Program-made: the position numbers and the translations under genes
Origin: Phycisphaerales bacterium
GTDB lineage: Bacteria > Planctomycetota > Phycisphaerae > UBA1845 > Fen-1342
DNA: 64,000 nt
NCBI GenBank assembly: GCA_003162245.1
Contig: PMMM01000196.1
Coordinates: 8,900-72,899, forward strand
Reading direction: 5' to 3'
In this document: one piece after another, positions 60,709-64,000 of the stretch
Position numbering within the stretch: the first letter of the stretch is position 1
Layout: each line of letters starts with the position of its first letter
The notes under the pieces: generated by a model
What the model was told of the DNA's origin: nothing
The model's database searches: none
What the model saw: only the letters and a program-made list of their open reading frames with translations

Positions 60709-61925
60709 GAGTTGTGCTCGTCGCTCTCCTGTGTTCCGCGTGCATGCTGGCCAGTGCGCAGCCGGAAGAGGCTCCAGCCCCGCCGCCGCCGGAGCGGGAG
60801 CCCGAGGCGAAAGTCGTCCGGGTGACCGCGGAGGGGTACAACCGCGACGACGCGCTAAAGCAGGCGCTGCGGAAGGCGGTCGAGCAGGGGGCGGGCGTGG
60901 AGATTTCGGCGCATTCGAACGTCGAGAACTTCGCGCTGATCCGCGACACGATCTACAGCCGGGCGGCCGGCCTGGTCAGCGACTACAAGGTCCTTCAGGA
61001 GCGCGAGGGCCCCGGGGGCACTGTAGAAGTCACGATCGAGGCGACCGTCCGCCCGAGCACCGTCGCGAAGATGTGGGGCGAGGTACAGAACGTCCTCGAC
61101 CAGATCGGCCGGCCCAAGATCATGGTCTGGATCGACGAGAAGATCGACGGCCGCCTGGAGGACGACTCGGTCGTCGAGAGCCGCATCGAGCAACTGTTCC
61201 TGAAGGCCGGCTTCGACCTGGTCGAGCGGAAGGCTGTCGAGGACATCAAGCACCGCGAGGCCGCCGACGCCCGGGATGAGCGGGACGCGGCCAAGCTGGC
61301 CCGTCTGGCCAAAGACGCCGGCGCCCAAATCCTGATCCGCGGCTCGGCGAACGCCGACCGCGTCGGGGTGCGCGACATCTACGGGGCGAAGGCCGCCTTC
61401 TACAACTGCGGCGTCCAGGCGAAGATCTACTACACCGACACCGGCAAGCTGCTGGTGAGCGAGTCGATCCCGACGCGCGAGCGCGGCGTGCGGTCGTACC
61501 ACGAGTTCAGCCCGCCCGCGGCCCGGGCCGCGCTGGTCGCCGCGACGTTTCCCGACACGGATAATCGGCGTGAGCCGGTGCTGGCGGTCAAGCTGATCGA
61601 CGCGGTGATGGAGCAATGGTCGACGCAGATCACCGCCGCGGGCGACATCGAGCTGGAGGTCGACCGGCTCGACTTCAAGACGTACGTCGAGCTGAAGAAG
61701 GCGCTGGCCGGCTTCAATCCGGATCGCATCCGCTCGGTGGAGGGCGACTTTTCGAAGGGGACGGGCCTATATCGCATCAAAGCGCAGATGTCGGCCCAAA
61801 CGCTGGCCGAGCGGCTCACCGAGAAGCCGTTCGCGGCGTGGATCGAGGTGCTCGACCTGAAGCCGAACCGCATCCAGGCCCGCGCGGTGGACCGGCCGCA
61901 CGCCGTGCCTGAGAGCCAACCCTAA
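60705..61925 (+). CDS. Exported three-domain protein, FlgT-like (LPP20-like N-module, CsgG/LpoB/TolB-N-like alpha/beta middle, C-terminal domain)
   Basis: AAGGAGA RBS and a signal peptide. N-module: AEGYNRDDALKQALRKAVEQGAGVEISAHSNVENF. Middle: KIMVWIDEKIDG...IEQLFLKAGFDLVER...AGAQILIRGSA. The domain calls are by pattern resemblance. Confidence 0.5.
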   Translation: MRVVLVALLCSACMLASAQPEEAPAPPPPEREPEAKVVRVTAEGYNRDDALKQALRKAVEQGAGVEISAHSNVENFALIRDTIYSRAAGLVSDYKVLQEREGPGGTVEVTIEATVRPSTVAKMWGEVQNVLDQIGRPKIMVWIDEKIDGRLEDDSVVESRIEQLFLKAGFDLVERKAVEDIKHREAADARDERDAAKLARLAKDAGAQILIRGSANADRVGVRDIYGAKAAFYNCGVQAKIYYTDTGKLLVSESIPTRERGVRSYHEFSPPAARAALVAATFPDTDNRREPVLAVKLIDAVMEQWSTQITAAGDIELEVDRLDFKTYVELKKALAGFNPDRIRSVEGDFSKGTGLYRIKAQMSAQTLAERLTEKPFAAWIEVLDLKPNRIQARAVDRPHAVPESQP

Positions 61926-62046
61926 CGACAGAGGCACAACGCGGGCCGCGCGCGCAACCCACTATGGCGACCGCAGGGCGCGCGAGAAGACCGCGCGACG
62001 CAAATGTCGCGGCTCGGGTGGACTGCGTTCCCAACGAGGTAGAACA

Positions 62047-64000
62047 CTAAGGCCAGACCATGATGAGGTTGCCGAGGGACTGGGGGGAGTAGCAGTTGCC
62101 GCGGGCGCCGGACCAGGAGGAGTATTCGCCGCGGCGGGCGTCGAGGCGCGTGACGTTGAGCCCCCAGTAGTTGTTGCGCCGCGTCTGCGGGTCGAACGCG
62201 CCGAGGGGGATCGCGAGCTCGACGACCCAGGCGTCGCGGCCGACGGTCACGGCGACGCGCGCGCCGCTGGGCCAGACCTGCGAGGCCCCGATCGGCGGGT
62301 CGGTGCGGCAGCCCTTGCGGGCCACGAGCAGGCCGCTGGGCTTGACCTGTAAACAGTACAGGTCGCCGCTGGTTCCCGCGGTGGTGGGCCGCGGGTCGAT
62401 CAGGATTTCGACCAGGTCCTGGCCCCACGGGACGATGCCGTCAATTGGCATGGTGTTGTCGGCGCGCCAGAGCGGGGGCTCGCCGCCGCGGAGCGCGCAG
62501 CGCACGCCGATGTAGAGGTTTTCCGGGTCGAGACCGAAGAAGGCCTGGGTGGGCAGCGTCGGGCTGCTGAGCTCCGGGGTGCGGTGGCGGCAGAGGCGAA
62601 AATCACCGGCGGCATTGTTCGACGCGAGCGGCCAGTCGTCCAGTTGGCCGTCGATGACGGGCGGGATCTCGAGCGGCGGACAGGCGGCGACGGCCAGGCG
62701 GGCTTCGCGGCGAAAGGCCCCGAGGGCGGGGGAATCGAAGACCACGTCGAAGGGGTAGACGCCGTCGGCGTTGTACGCCAGTGACTTGAGGTCCACGTCG
62801 AGGCGTGTCGGACGCCGCGCGCCGGGCGCCACGCTGGCGGCCACGTCGGCGGGCGGGGTCCACTCGGGCGGCGGATTGGGCAGGAGCCAACGGCCGTCAA
62901 TCGGGCGGTTCGTGGCGTTGGACAGGCTCGTGAAGACCTGGGCTTGCAAGCCCTGTGGGGGTGCGGTCAGGCGGACGCCGTCCACGCTGATCGTGACGCG
63001 TTCGGCTTGGTTGAAGAGCAGGCTCCACTGCGAGAGGCTGGCGATCTGCTGCTGGCGCGTGGCGGGATTCGGCGCGAACTCGCCGGCCAACTCGCGGAGC
63101 ATCAGCAGGCGCGCGAGCGCGAGCACGGACGGCGAGGCCGGCCAGCCGGCTTCCTTGGTGCTGAGCAGGTTGTCGAGGCACGCGTCGGTGCCGACCCAGC
63201 GGACGACTTGGTCGGCCATCTTCTGCGCCAGAAGCTGCTGCCCGTTCGTCTCGAGGAGCCGCAGCAGCTCGTAATCCTGAATGCCGCGCCGCAGACGCTT
63301 CAGCCGCACGGACGCGACGGGACCGCGCTCGCGCAGCCCATACTCGTCGGCGGGGTAGATCAGGGCCGCGCCGTCGGATGCGAAGGCGCCGGCGGCGGGC
63401 GGCGGCGTCCGGAACTCGGCGGCGTGCTCGATCCAGAGGGCGGTGACGCCGCACGCATAGGCCTGCCACGGCAGGATGCGCGGGTCGTTGGCGGGGGCGC
63501 CGATCGCCAGGGTGCCGCTGTAGGGCGGGTCGCTGGGCATGAACCAAGTGGATTGCCCGAGACGGCGCTGCTGGGCCATGGCGTCGGGCTCGAACCACAT
63601 GGCGGGCGGGGCCCAGATGTCCACGCCGGTGAGCTCGATCGGCGGTGCATCGAACCAGCCCAGCCCGCGCAGCGAACGGGGGGGCAGATGGGCGATGATC
63701 GGCAGCGAGGTTTCGCTTTGGCGGACGATGGCCGCGGCACGCCGGACGTGCTCGACGGCCGCGAGCGAAAGTTGCTCGGGGGGGCAGAGGCGCAGCACAG
63801 TGCGCTCGCGCCAGCCGCGCTGCGCGAGATGTTGCTGGCACTCCTGGAGATAGCCGGCCAGCAGGCGGGCGTACTGCTGGGAGTCGAAGCCGCCGTTTTG
63901 CTGGGCGCTGGGGTACTCGACGGAGGCGGGGACGGGCCAGACTTCGAGCCGCGTGTGGTCTGCAAACGCGGAGCCGTCCAGCCAGCCGGACACCAGGCTG
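62047..64000 (-). CDS. DUF4091-type glycosidase-like protein with C-terminal CBM9/DOMON-like carbohydrate-binding domain (5' end may lie outside the window)
   Basis: VDIWAPPAMWF...STWFMPSDPPYSG...RILPWQAYACGVTALWIEHAAEF matches the DUF4091 pattern. The C-terminus IDGQLDDWPL...LYIGVRC...WVVELAIPL...YWGLNVTR is CBM9-like. The frame is open to the window edge. Confidence 0.7.
   Translation of the reverse strand, partial: SLVSGWLDGSAFADHTRLEVWPVPASVEYPSAQQNGGFDSQQYARLLAGYLQECQQHLAQRGWRERTVLRLCPPEQLSLAAVEHVRRAAAIVRQSETSLPIIAHLPPRSLRGLGWFDAPPIELTGVDIWAPPAMWFEPDAMAQQRRLGQSTWFMPSDPPYSGTLAIGAPANDPRILPWQAYACGVTALWIEHAAEFRTPPPAAGAFASDGAALIYPADEYGLRERGPVASVRLKRLRRGIQDYELLRLLETNGQQLLAQKMADQVVRWVGTDACLDNLLSTKEAGWPASPSVLALARLLMLRELAGEFAPNPATRQQQIASLSQWSLLFNQAERVTISVDGVRLTAPPQGLQAQVFTSLSNATNRPIDGRWLLPNPPPEWTPPADVAASVAPGARRPTRLDVDLKSLAYNADGVYPFDVVFDSPALGAFRREARLAVAACPPLEIPPVIDGQLDDWPLASNNAAGDFRLCRHRTPELSSPTLPTQAFFGLDPENLYIGVRCALRGGEPPLWRADNTMPIDGIVPWGQDLVEILIDPRPTTAGTSGDLYCLQVKPSGLLVARKGCRTDPPIGASQVWPSGARVAVTVGRDAWVVELAIPLGAFDPQTRRNNYWGLNVTRLDARRGEYSSWSGARGNCYSPQSLGNLIMVWP

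Overview
GC-rich bacterial chromosomal segment, roughly two-thirds G+C by eye. The gene content looks Planctomycetota-like: three PEP-CTERM cargo proteins, dockerin-like calcium-loop modules, several Tat-exported enzymes, an ECF sigma/anti-sigma pair and a prepilin-type protein. The taxonomic call is inference only. About 55 protein-coding genes are supportable. I recognised no rRNA, tRNA or CRISPR array by eye. Layout: (1) 1-15.7 kb is a glycan/uronate utilisation locus. Its plus-strand run holds an SDR, a fused Eda-KdgK, a Na+/solute symporter, a Tat-lipoprotein class V PLP enzyme and a heparinase II/III-like lyase. Its minus-strand operon holds a GH15-like protein, a URO-D-like protein, a GH38 mannosidase and a Gfo/Idh/MocA oxidoreductase. 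(2) 15.7-19.9 kb holds a Tat-signal RidA, an integrase-core fragment, comM/yifB, and an IS256-family element with recognisable inverted repeats and a frameshifted transposase. (3) 20-34.9 kb holds envelope genes: two GT-C-like membrane glycosyltransferases (one apparently frameshifted), a CPBP protease, a six-gene operon (GNAT, Tat-signal protein, three tail-collar (MdpB-like) paralogues, PEP-CTERM protein), a dockerin-tagged M1 peptidase, a stand-alone histidine ammonia-lyase with a Val-Ser-Gly MIO triad, and a PEP-CTERM lectin-like protein. (4) 35-38.2 kb is a MacAB-type efflux system. (5) 38.3-45.9 kb holds a dockerin-tagged FGE/SUMF1-like protein, tandem palindromic repeats, an ECF sigma/anti-sigma pair, an alpha/beta hydrolase, a double retropepsin-like protease and a PEP-CTERM protein. 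(6) 46-54.4 kb is mixed housekeeping: a beta-CASP RNase, an ABC-2 exporter, a BamE-like lipoprotein, an exported gluzincin with a ComEA-like HhH tail, GT9, DinB, a mini PQQ-repeat protein and mnmA. (7) 54.4-61.9 kb holds a GspE/PilB ATPase divergent from an oversized GspG-like pseudopilin, followed by a four-gene exported operon built from LPP20/FlgP-like and FlgT-like modules. (8) 62-64 kb is a partial DUF4091/CBM9-like glycosidase. The best candidates for an undescribed system are block (7) and the tail-collar operon in block (3). Both calls rest on motif-level reading and need HMM or structure confirmation. Many long ORFs in the supplied track are antisense or out-of-frame artefacts of high GC and were not called.
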